A stretch of DNA of 55,119 nucleotides, from IMG/VR virus record IMGVR_UViG_3300013120_000254, positions 1-55,119 of that record; one strand, given 5' to 3'. The notes under the pieces are model-generated. The model searched no databases, was not told the origin of the DNA, and worked only from the letters and a program-made list of their open reading frames with translations. Below are positions 1-7,649 of this stretch, in pieces (position 1 is the first letter of the stretch; each line of letters opens with the position of its first letter). This stretch comes from a virus (lineage: Duplodnaviria > Caudoviricetes). Made by a program: the position numbers and the translations under genes.

Positions 1-5
1 ACGGC

Positions 6-470
6 ATGTTCGGAAACCGGCAGGCCGCACAAGAGGCGTGGGAAGCCGCTGGGAGGATGAGGCCCGCGATCCTTGCAATGACCGAGGAGTGGAAGGCGCT
101 AGAAGCGGAGCGCGACAAGACCCTCGCCCGCGTGGCTGCGCTAGAGCACCACAACGCCGAACTCAAAAAGTGCATTGAGGCGGGGCAACGAGCCCATCTC
201 GACGATCGTGGTCGCGCTGATTGGCTGGCGCGCGATCGAGACAAGGCCCTCGCCCGGGTGGTGGGGCTGGGCCTGGAAAACGAGAACCTCACCCTCAAGG
301 CTCAGGGTGCCGTGGAGGAGATGGAAGAGATCGCAGACGAACGGGACGCCTACGGCCGCGCGATCTGCGAGTGGGCCGCGGAAGTGGGCTGGACTGCGTC
401 TACTTACGCGAAGCAGCCCCACGTCAAGGCCCTCCTAGATATCGCCCGCGACTTGGAGGGGGGTGGGTGA
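6..470 (+). CDS. hypothetical coiled-coil protein (may be 5'-truncated by window edge)
   Basis: 154-aa ORF with repeated (E)RDxxLARV heptads; stop overlaps next ATG (TGATG). Confidence 0.7.
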   Translation: MFGNRQAAQEAWEAAGRMRPAILAMTEEWKALEAERDKTLARVAALEHHNAELKKCIEAGQRAHLDDRGRADWLARDRDKALARVVGLGLENENLTLKAQGAVEEMEEIADERDAYGRAICEWAAEVGWTASTYAKQPHVKALLDIARDLEGGG

Positions 471-688
471 TGGTGGCAAAGCCCGGAGACATCATGGAGC
501 AGGCGAAGAAGCTCGGCATGGACACGGCCAACGAGCTGATGAAGATTCAGATTGCGGAGGCCAAGATCAAGGTGCTGATCTTGAGCACGAAGCAGCGACT
601 CTGGCAGGCTCTGGTGTGGCTGCTCTGCGTCTCTACGGTCAGCGTTTTCCTGCTGACGGTCGCGGCTCTTCTGGCCAACCTCCCATGA
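470..688 (+). CDS. small membrane protein
   Basis: ATG at 470 overlapping upstream stop; MVAKPGDIME... with C-terminal hydrophobic segment LVWLLCVSTVSVFLLTVAALLA. Confidence 0.65.
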   Translation: MVAKPGDIMEQAKKLGMDTANELMKIQIAEAKIKVLILSTKQRLWQALVWLLCVSTVSVFLLTVAALLANLP

Positions 689-975
689 GTAAGAACATCC
701 CCAAGCCCCGCTTCAAGCTGGGCACCGATCCACACAACTGGAAGGTCATCCGCGGCCACTGGTCGCCGAAACAGGGCGACTACGTCTGGACCCCGGAGTC
801 CTACCATTCGAGCCTCCCGCACGCCCTGCGCTTCCTTCACGACCGGCTCCTGCGGGACGGCTATACGCCGGAGGGCCTAGAGGCCCTAGCGGCCAAGGTC
901 GAGGCGTCGTACGATCGGCTCAAGGCGTACGCCGAAGAGCTCATGGAAAACCGAGAGGCTGAACTGGAGCCGTGA
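685..975 (+). CDS. hypothetical protein
   Basis: ATGA overlap at 685; MSKNIPKPRFKLGTDPHNW..., normal composition. Confidence 0.7.
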   Translation: MSKNIPKPRFKLGTDPHNWKVIRGHWSPKQGDYVWTPESYHSSLPHALRFLHDRLLRDGYTPEGLEALAAKVEASYDRLKAYAEELMENREAELEP

Positions 976-976
976 G

Positions 977-1384
977 ATGAACAGAGCCGCGAAGGCGACG
1001 ATCGGGACGGCGGCCGTGGTAGCAGCCCTGGCCGCGGCCATGGCGCCGGAGAACCAGCCAGTGCGCTACCGCTTGACCGAAAGCAGCGGTGTGCTGCATG
1101 GGGAAGAGGCGCCGTACCAGGCGGGAGACGTTGACCTGATGAAGCTCAACGTGCGCCCGAACATGCCGAAGCGACCATGGATGCGGCATCTCCCCGTCGT
1201 CCCGGGGAGCCCCACGCGAGGCCAGGCCGAGAACTTCACCGGCCTGCGCGAGGATGGCTCCAAGGTGCGCCTGGAGTTCATGGGCGCCATGCCCATGGAG
1301 CCGGGCGAGACGCTGGAGGAGGCCCGTAAGCGGTTCTGGGGCGACCGCTACGAGGCCCTCTTCCCGTCCCCGGATCCAGATTGA
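977..1384 (+). CDS. hypothetical protein with N-terminal hydrophobic/signal-like segment
   Basis: ATG 1 nt after upstream stop; MNRAAKATIGTAAVVAALAAAMA. Confidence 0.6.
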   Translation: MNRAAKATIGTAAVVAALAAAMAPENQPVRYRLTESSGVLHGEEAPYQAGDVDLMKLNVRPNMPKRPWMRHLPVVPGSPTRGQAENFTGLREDGSKVRLEFMGAMPMEPGETLEEARKRFWGDRYEALFPSPDPD

Positions 1385-1617
1385 TCACGAGGCAGGACCC
1401 CCAGGTCCACAGCGCGAGCAACGAGATCGGCGGCGAGCGGGTCGTCATCATAATCCTTCAACACAAGGGCCATGTCGAGCAACAGGCTGTGGCGAAGATC
1501 CCGCTCGCCGTCTCCTTTTCCAACGGCTGCGTCTAGCCGGCGAAGGGCACGCTCGCGGTGCCGGCGACACCCCGCCCGCAGTACATCTTGCGCGGCGCGG
1601 ATCAGCTCGGAGGACAT
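1348..1617 (-). CDS. hypothetical protein
   Basis: 89-aa helical-looking ORF filling the gap, divergent from the 1656 operon. Confidence 0.5.
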   Translation of the reverse strand: MSSELIRAAQDVLRAGCRRHRERALRRLDAAVGKGDGERDLRHSLLLDMALVLKDYDDDPLAADLVARAVDLGVLPRDQSGSGDGKRAS

Positions 1618-1619
1618 GC

Positions 1620-1648
1620 TTGCAAGCCCGTTGCTTGAAGTCTACCGT
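1620..1648 (+). promoter_or_regulatory. putative sigma70-type promoter, probably leaderless transcript
   Basis: TTGCAA-N17-TACCGT, 7 nt before ATG 1656; palindrome GCTTGCAAGC (1618-1627) overlaps the -35. Confidence 0.5.
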
Positions 1649-1655
1649 TGATGTG

Positions 1656-1898
1656 ATGCCGGGCGCCAGGAAGTCCACCGTGAAGGCGCGGGCCGACCAG
1701 GCCCGGACGCATCTAGCTGAGGCTGGCGAGCGCGGCCTGTCGGTCGAGCAGCTCGCGCGGATCCTGGGCTGCAGCCAGAAACAGGCCAGGGCGGCCCTAG
1801 ACGCGCTATGGCGGGACTTCCGCTGCTGGCGAAGGTTCTGCTGGAAGCGCGGCTGCTACGTCTTCCTGGAGCCCGAGAACCCCAAGGAACAAGGATGA
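1656..1898 (+). CDS. winged helix-turn-helix-like DNA-binding protein
   Basis: GLSVEQLARILGCSQKQARAALDAL HTH-like pattern; ATGA-coupled to next gene. Confidence 0.6.
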   Translation: MPGARKSTVKARADQARTHLAEAGERGLSVEQLARILGCSQKQARAALDALWRDFRCWRRFCWKRGCYVFLEPENPKEQG

Positions 1899-2482
1899 AG
1901 ATCGTCAGCTTCTTTACCCCCGGAGAGCTCTACACGCAGCACGAGAGAGAGCTTCGAGCTACCGTCGATGAGTTCGCTCCGCTGGCCCTCTACCGGACGA
2001 GCCCCGTCATGGACCTGGGGAGCTGGGAGCAGAACTGCGCCCTCAAGCCAGGCATCATTCGGCGCGAGCTGGCGACGCTGCAAGACGGCGACCGCCTGCT
2101 CTACCTGGACGTGGACGCGCGCATCAGGGCGCCCATTGACGAGCTCGCCACACACCCGGGCCCCTTCGACGTCGGGCTCCACGTCACCAAGCGCCCTAGC
2201 GGGCAGCCGGTCACGCTTTCGGGGACCCTGCTCTTCGCCAACACGAGGGGCGCCGAGCAGCTCGTAGAGCACTGGCTACACCGCTGCGAGGAGCGCCCAG
2301 ATGTCTGGGACCAGATCCACCTGGCCGCCGCCATCGGGGACATGGCTGGGATCCGGGTCTGGGACTTCGGGCCGGAGTATGTTTACATCTTCGACACCTT
2401 CAAGAAGCGCTACCCGAAGGCGACGCCGATCATCGAGCACCTGCAGGCCTCGCGCAGTGGGAGAAAGGCCAAGGCCAGGTGA
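1895..2482 (+). CDS. GT-A fold nucleotide-diphospho-sugar transferase-like protein
   Basis: LLYLDVDAR DxD motif, SGTLLF, WDQ and C-terminal IIEHLQASR. Confidence 0.7.
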   Translation: MKIVSFFTPGELYTQHERELRATVDEFAPLALYRTSPVMDLGSWEQNCALKPGIIRRELATLQDGDRLLYLDVDARIRAPIDELATHPGPFDVGLHVTKRPSGQPVTLSGTLLFANTRGAEQLVEHWLHRCEERPDVWDQIHLAAAIGDMAGIRVWDFGPEYVYIFDTFKKRYPKATPIIEHLQASRSGRKAKAR

Positions 2483-3597
2483 CGAAGCACAGGGAGTACG
2501 CCTGTAACAAGCTGGCGGCCTACCCGGACCTCGTTCGCGAGCTCCAGGTGAGGCGCGCGCCGAAGAACCGGCTCATCAGCGTCCACCTGATGCCGCAGAA
2601 CCGATGCAACCAGCACTGCGAGTTCTGCAGCTACCGGATGCCCAACAACCGCAACGCCGACGTCTTCGATCCGGGCGAGAGCCTCTCCTGGGGGGCCATG
2701 AAGGAGCTCCTGGCGGACTTCCGTGCGCTGGGCGTTCGGGGCGTGGAGGTCACGGGCGGCGGCGAGCCCCTCGCCTATCCTCACACCGACAAGCTCTGGC
2801 GGGAGTTCGCGAAGCACGGCTTTGCCACGGCGCTCGTCACCAACGGGACACCGTTGCGCGACCGAGCGCCCATCATCTGCTCCACCAACCTGAAGTGGGC
2901 CCGCGTTTCCATCGACTGCTCCAAGCTAGAGACCTACGTGCGGATGCGCATGGCTCCAGAGGGGCACTTCAAGCTGGCCTGGGACGCTGTGGCGCAGCTG
3001 CGCGAGCACGCGCCCAAGGACCCCGAGTTCCGCCTCGGCGTCGGGTTCGTGCTCTGCAACGAGAACATGGGCGAGGTCTACGACTTCGTTGCGCGGGCCA
3101 AGGACTCCGGCGCGGACAACGTGCGGCTCTCCGTCACCTACCCCGGCGATGGCGACTACCACTTCCAGGACTTCGATGCCCTTGGCGGGGAGATCCGCGA
3201 CGCTGAGCGCGCCGAGGAGGACTTCGCTGATGAGAACTTCGCCGTCCACAACCTGATGGCCCAGCGCTGGCGGGAGGTGGTGAGCGACACGCAACTCTAC
3301 CGGCGCTGCGTCACCCAGGAGATCCTCTGCGTCGTGGAGGGCTCTGGCCACGTCTACACCTGCTGCACGTTCACGGGCTCCAAGAAGGGCGATCAGGGCG
3401 TCTTCTGGCAGCACCCGGAGGGCTTCCTCGGCCTCTGGCGCGACAAGGCGCTGTGGCGGTCGATCTTGAACCCGATGAAGTACTGCCAGAACGCCTGCCT
3501 CTACGAGTCGCGCAACCGAGAGATGCTGGCGATGCTGGCGAAGGATGCTGGGCCGTTGCCGTGTAGCAAGGGCATGATCCACACGGAGTTCATCTGA
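2479..3597 (+). CDS. radical SAM enzyme with SPASM/twitch-like C-terminal domain
   Basis: CNQHCEFC (CxxxCxxC), TGGGEP, TNG, RVSID; C-terminal C...GHVYTCC...CQNAC. Confidence 0.9.
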   Translation: MTKHREYACNKLAAYPDLVRELQVRRAPKNRLISVHLMPQNRCNQHCEFCSYRMPNNRNADVFDPGESLSWGAMKELLADFRALGVRGVEVTGGGEPLAYPHTDKLWREFAKHGFATALVTNGTPLRDRAPIICSTNLKWARVSIDCSKLETYVRMRMAPEGHFKLAWDAVAQLREHAPKDPEFRLGVGFVLCNENMGEVYDFVARAKDSGADNVRLSVTYPGDGDYHFQDFDALGGEIRDAERAEEDFADENFAVHNLMAQRWREVVSDTQLYRRCVTQEILCVVEGSGHVYTCCTFTGSKKGDQGVFWQHPEGFLGLWRDKALWRSILNPMKYCQNACLYESRNREMLAMLAKDAGPLPCSKGMIHTEFI

Positions 3598-4103
3598 TGG
3601 CGACGTGGGTCTGGGACGCAGCGTGGGAGGTCGTCGGGGAGGACGATGTCGTCCTAGACCTCGGCTGCGGCATTCTGCAGTGGTCCGATGGAACCCCGCT
3701 CACGGCCCGCTACCTGGCAGTAGACGCCTTCCCTGCGTACCTAGACCACATCTCGGCGGATGTTTGCACGGCCCGTATGCGCCTCCCGCGCTGCGCTGCC
3801 CTTTTCGCGGACGGCTCCTATGACGTGGTTTTGCTGATCGACATCATCGAGCACCTGGAGAAGAAAGACGGCGACGTGCTACTTGCGCACGCCGAGCGGA
3901 TTGCGCGGAGGGCCGTCTTTGTGGTCACGCCGGACGGGTTCTCTGAGCAGGACGGGTGGGACGCTTGGGGCCTGGGCCACAACGAGCTTCAGGCGCACGT
4001 TTGCGGGTGGTCAGAGCGGGAGCTGGCGAATAGGGGCTACAACCTGACGTGCCGCGTGAAACAGAGCGGCGGCCCGGTGATGGCGCTGGTCAAGGAGTTC
4101 TGA
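3597..4103 (+). CDS. class I SAM-dependent methyltransferase
   Basis: VLDLGCG motif I, SYDVVLLIDIIEHL, VVTP. Confidence 0.85.
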   Translation: MATWVWDAAWEVVGEDDVVLDLGCGILQWSDGTPLTARYLAVDAFPAYLDHISADVCTARMRLPRCAALFADGSYDVVLLIDIIEHLEKKDGDVLLAHAERIARRAVFVVTPDGFSEQDGWDAWGLGHNELQAHVCGWSERELANRGYNLTCRVKQSGGPVMALVKEF

Positions 4104-4789
4104 TGGCGAAGATTGCTGCGATCATGCCGACCTTCAACCAGGTTCGGTACATCACGCAGGCGATCGACTCGGTCCTTCCCTTGGTGGACCGCTTGATCAT
4201 CGTGGACGACGGATCCAACGACGGCACGCGGGAGTACCTAGAGGGCATCCAATGCGGCGAGTGGGATCTGGTCTGCATGGACAAGAACGGCGGCACCGCC
4301 GAGGCCATCAATGCCGGCTACTCCATTCTGGAGGAGGAGGAGTGGGTCACCTGGGTGAGCTCCGACAACGTCACCCAGCACACCTGGCGCGAGTGGATAG
4401 AGGAGTGGCTCCACGTTGAGGACATTGGCGTTGTCTACACCGGCTTCATTCGCTGCAACCCGCAGCTCAAGCCGATGCAGTCCATCTTCCATCCGCACGA
4501 GCCCGAGAAGCTGATCAGCACGGAGAACTGCTACTATGGCCCATCCTTCGTGATCGCGCGGCGCGTGTGGGATGCCGTTGGCGGCCACCGGGGGCGCATC
4601 TCGCACGACTACGATCACTGGCTGCGCGTCGAGGAGGAGTGCTGGCGGCAGGGGCTGAGGATCAAGGACGTCAACGAGCCGGGTGTGCTCTACCGCGTCC
4701 ACAAGGAGCGCGTGACCGTGACGCGGCGAGCCGAGTACGATGCTCCCCGGTGGCAACAAGAGGCCCTCCAGCGAAGGAGACAGGCGTGA
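4103..4789 (+). CDS. glycosyltransferase family 2
   Basis: IMPTFNQ, IIVDDGSNDGT, NGGTAEAINAG, WVSSDN, DYDHWLR. Confidence 0.9.
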   Translation: MAKIAAIMPTFNQVRYITQAIDSVLPLVDRLIIVDDGSNDGTREYLEGIQCGEWDLVCMDKNGGTAEAINAGYSILEEEEWVTWVSSDNVTQHTWREWIEEWLHVEDIGVVYTGFIRCNPQLKPMQSIFHPHEPEKLISTENCYYGPSFVIARRVWDAVGGHRGRISHDYDHWLRVEEECWRQGLRIKDVNEPGVLYRVHKERVTVTRRAEYDAPRWQQEALQRRRQA

Positions 4790-5700
4790 GCCAAGACGTT
4801 GTAATCCTGTGCGCCCAAGAGAGGCTCCCGGATAGACATCCGTGCCGGCGCGGGTATCGGCGACAATACCTGGACCCGATCAATGAGATCGCAGCGTCTG
4901 TGCCGTCGCCGAGGGCGATCGAGCTCGCGCAGAAGGACCTCCCTGGGGTGGTGGTCGGCTACCGCTTCGGCGACAGGGAGGTGCGGGCGCAGGTGTGCTA
5001 CTCCGACTACCCGGACGAGCCGCTTCTTGGGGCGCCCCATGTGGACCTCGTGCTCAAAATGAAGTACTCGCGGCTCCACACCGACCTCTATGAGGGGCAT
5101 TCCGTCCCCGTGTTCCCAGGCGGCTTTCTGGGCGGCCCTCAGCGCGGCGAGGCGCTGGCTGAGGGGCGGCGGTGGTATCAGAAGAACCTGCAGGGCCTGC
5201 GCGAGATCGGCGACGGCATCGCCGCGAGCAGTCCCAGGCCGTACCAGAAGCAGCTCGTAGTCAATGGATGCCTAGATGGCGGCAAGGCTCGGGGCGGGTT
5301 TGGCGTGCTCGGGCCGCTGGAGTCAGGCGAGCTCGGGCGCATTCCCTTCCGGGATCACATGCAGAACGTCGCAGGGGCGGAGTTCTGCCTGAACATCTGC
5401 GGCAACGGCAACCTGATCGACCGCAAGGTGGTGGACTACTGCGGGATCGGGGCCGCCATCGTCAGCACCCGCGGGCTTCTGGATTGGGAGGGGCCGCATG
5501 GCGAGCGCTTCCGCGACACGCGGAACGTATGGATCCTCAACTCGCACGAGGATCTCGGGGACCTTCTTCAGGGCGGCATGGACCCGGTGATCCGGGATAG
5601 GCTCGTCCAGGGTTCTCGGCGGATGTATGACCGTTGCTTCGCGCCCGAGGCTCTCGCTGCCTGGTGGCAACGGTGCGCACGGGAGGTGGCATGTGCGTGA
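4786..5700 (+). CDS. putative GT-B-like glycosyltransferase (exostosin/GT47- or GT90-like C-terminus)
   Basis: GTGA-coupled start; FCLNICGNGNLIDRKVVDYCGIGAAIVS resembles the nucleotide-sugar-binding segment of GT-B enzymes. Confidence 0.5.
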   Translation: MSQDVVILCAQERLPDRHPCRRGYRRQYLDPINEIAASVPSPRAIELAQKDLPGVVVGYRFGDREVRAQVCYSDYPDEPLLGAPHVDLVLKMKYSRLHTDLYEGHSVPVFPGGFLGGPQRGEALAEGRRWYQKNLQGLREIGDGIAASSPRPYQKQLVVNGCLDGGKARGGFGVLGPLESGELGRIPFRDHMQNVAGAEFCLNICGNGNLIDRKVVDYCGIGAAIVSTRGLLDWEGPHGERFRDTRNVWILNSHEDLGDLLQGGMDPVIRDRLVQGSRRMYDRCFAPEALAAWWQRCAREVACA

Positions 5701-6352
5701 GGACCCCGTCTTGATCATCGGCGCGCCGCGCAGCGGCACGTCGGTCACAGCTGCAATCCTGCAGCGCTGCGGGCTCTGGCTGGGCGAGACCGGCCGGGGC
5801 AACCGGGACAACCCTAAGGGCTTCTTCGAGAACAAGAGGATCCGGCAGAAGAACAAGGCGGTCCTGCACGCGGGGGGCTACGACGCCGCGGGGGTCCAGC
5901 CGTTGCCACCATGGAACTGGATCGGGAACACAGCCCACCTGCGCGAGACCGTGCTGATCGAGCTCGGCTTCCAGGGGGTCAAGCCGGATCAGCCTTGGGG
6001 CTTCAAGGACCCGAAGCTCTTGCTTACGTGGGCGACATGGTTGTCCGCCTGGCCCAAGGCGCGTATCGTTCTGGTAAGGAGAGATCGCGAGAGCGTGGTG
6101 CGCTCCTGCGCCCGAGCTTCCTTCTACAGCGGCTGGGCGCGCCGCGGGATGGAGTGGAACGCCTGGGTGGCTGACCAGGAGCGTAGGATCGAGCTGATCA
6201 AGAGGACGAGCCCCTACGTGGCCGAGCTCTGGCCTGGTCGCCTGGCCCTCGCGGACGGCTGGCACGCCTTCAGGGACGCCGTAGAGGCCCTCGGGCTAGA
6301 ATGGAAGCTGGGCGCCCAGGACACCTTCGACGCTGAGATTTGGAACAGGTGA
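5693..6352 (+). CDS. PAPS-dependent sulfotransferase
   Basis: IIGAPRSGTS (5'-PSB loop), NPKGFFE, WGFKDPK, RDRESVVRS (3'-PB). Confidence 0.85.
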   Translation: MREDPVLIIGAPRSGTSVTAAILQRCGLWLGETGRGNRDNPKGFFENKRIRQKNKAVLHAGGYDAAGVQPLPPWNWIGNTAHLRETVLIELGFQGVKPDQPWGFKDPKLLLTWATWLSAWPKARIVLVRRDRESVVRSCARASFYSGWARRGMEWNAWVADQERRIELIKRTSPYVAELWPGRLALADGWHAFRDAVEALGLEWKLGAQDTFDAEIWNR

Positions 6353-6891
6353 CGCACATCTGCCTGCCGGGCCCGAGCTTCGAGTGGCCGAGCCCCAGGC
6401 CCGAGGACCGCGTGATCGGGGTCAACGTGGCGATCGCCAAGATGGAGCGCTGTGACGTCTTCGTGGCGCTGGGGCGGCCCACCGACCGGGTTCTGGCTAG
6501 CATCCTGGGCCATCTCTTCCTGATGAACCCCCTGATCGTGTCCATGGGCGAGGCCGCCGCCGCGTGGCGCAAGGCGGACTATAGCGTCAAGGACTGGCCC
6601 CAGATGACGCCTGGGTGGCTGGAGCGGGCATACTCAGGGCAGCACTTCAGCATGTTCACGGCGATCTCCTACGCCGCCAGCACGTCGGACGGCCCCATCA
6701 AGCTCTGGGGCTGCGACCTGGAGGGAGATCGCTACTGCACTGGCCAGAGCCCTCACGGGAGCCATTGGCTGGAGCGTAGACGCTGGCCCGCTGAGTTCCG
6801 TAACCTCAAGCGCATCCATGCAGCCGCTCTTGCGAACCAGGTGGATCTCCGAATCCACGGCCGTGTGGCACATCGCCTGCCCGGGGCCTAG
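6340..6891 (+). CDS. Maf/DUF115/sialyltransferase-like (GPS...N...D...GxD) protein, paralog 1
   Basis: HICLPGPSF, VIGVNVA, CDVFVA, AISYA, IKLWGCDL; start may be GTG 6349. Confidence 0.55.
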   Translation: MEQVTHICLPGPSFEWPSPRPEDRVIGVNVAIAKMERCDVFVALGRPTDRVLASILGHLFLMNPLIVSMGEAAAAWRKADYSVKDWPQMTPGWLERAYSGQHFSMFTAISYAASTSDGPIKLWGCDLEGDRYCTGQSPHGSHWLERRRWPAEFRNLKRIHAAALANQVDLRIHGRVAHRLPGA

Positions 6892-7465
6892 CCTCGACTT
6901 CGAGCGCATTCCCGACGATGGGAACCCCCTGATCTGCGTCAATGCGGCCCTCAAGGCTGCGCCGCGCTGCGACTTCTGGGTCTGCTGGGACTCCCCCAAC
7001 AAGATCCACGAGCAGGCCTTCCCGCGGGCGCGCGAGCTCCAGCCTATTCTCGTTTGCGGAACGTATGGCGCGCGAGACAACTGGGTGACGGTCATGCGGG
7101 AGTCGTGTCTTTGGCCCTGGGCTACCTGGCTCGACATGGTCGTCAACCCCAAGCCCTGGGGGCCTCCCTGGTATATGGAGGCGACCAAGGGGCCCGCATT
7201 CTCGACATTCAGCGCGATGGGCTGGGCCCTCAAGCGCGGCGCCACGGACCTTCGGCTCTACGGCGCCGACATGAGCGGGATGGGCTACTACGATGACCGG
7301 GTCACCAGGCTCAAGGCGGCCCAGAAGCCCAATGCGCGCTGGGGGAAGCGCTGGAAGGCTGAGTCCCAGATGTACGAGGGGGCCCGCAGAGAGGGCCTCA
7401 GGCGCAAGGTCAGGATCGTTCGGTCTCTGCCTGACGGTCGTTGGGACGAGTTATCCGATCGGTAG
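6818..7465 (+). CDS. Maf/DUF115/sialyltransferase-like protein, paralog 2
   Basis: HIACPGPSL, LICVNAA, CDFWVCWD, AMGWA, LRLYGADM; start uncertain. Confidence 0.55.
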   Translation: MQPLLRTRWISESTAVWHIACPGPSLDFERIPDDGNPLICVNAALKAAPRCDFWVCWDSPNKIHEQAFPRARELQPILVCGTYGARDNWVTVMRESCLWPWATWLDMVVNPKPWGPPWYMEATKGPAFSTFSAMGWALKRGATDLRLYGADMSGMGYYDDRVTRLKAAQKPNARWGKRWKAESQMYEGARREGLRRKVRIVRSLPDGRWDELSDR

Positions 7466-7622
7466 AGACCCGCTGGGCGCATTCGCGGATGTAGGTCGCT
7501 AGGGGCATCGACTTCGGCTTGGCAGCCGCCCAGAAGGCGATCTCCGATCGCCGCACGCGGATAGAGAGAACCTCACGGGGGTCGGGCCTCTTCCACCGCG
7601 ACGTAATACGGAACTTGGCCAT
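7410..7622 (-). CDS. small ribbon-helix-helix-like DNA-binding protein
   Basis: VLSIRV...EIAFWAAA...LATYIRECA pattern; GGAGG upstream on minus strand. Confidence 0.5.
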   Translation of the reverse strand: MAKFRITSRWKRPDPREVLSIRVRRSEIAFWAAAKPKSMPLATYIRECAQRVSTDRITRPNDRQAETERS

Positions 7623-7649
7623 CTAGCCCTCCGGGGTTACCCGTCGTGC

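Noticed and set aside
1895-7465. DNA hypermodification pathway
   Set aside because: Not excluded but disfavoured: no hydroxymethylase, TET/JBP, kinase or phage polymerase visible, and the cluster abuts head genes
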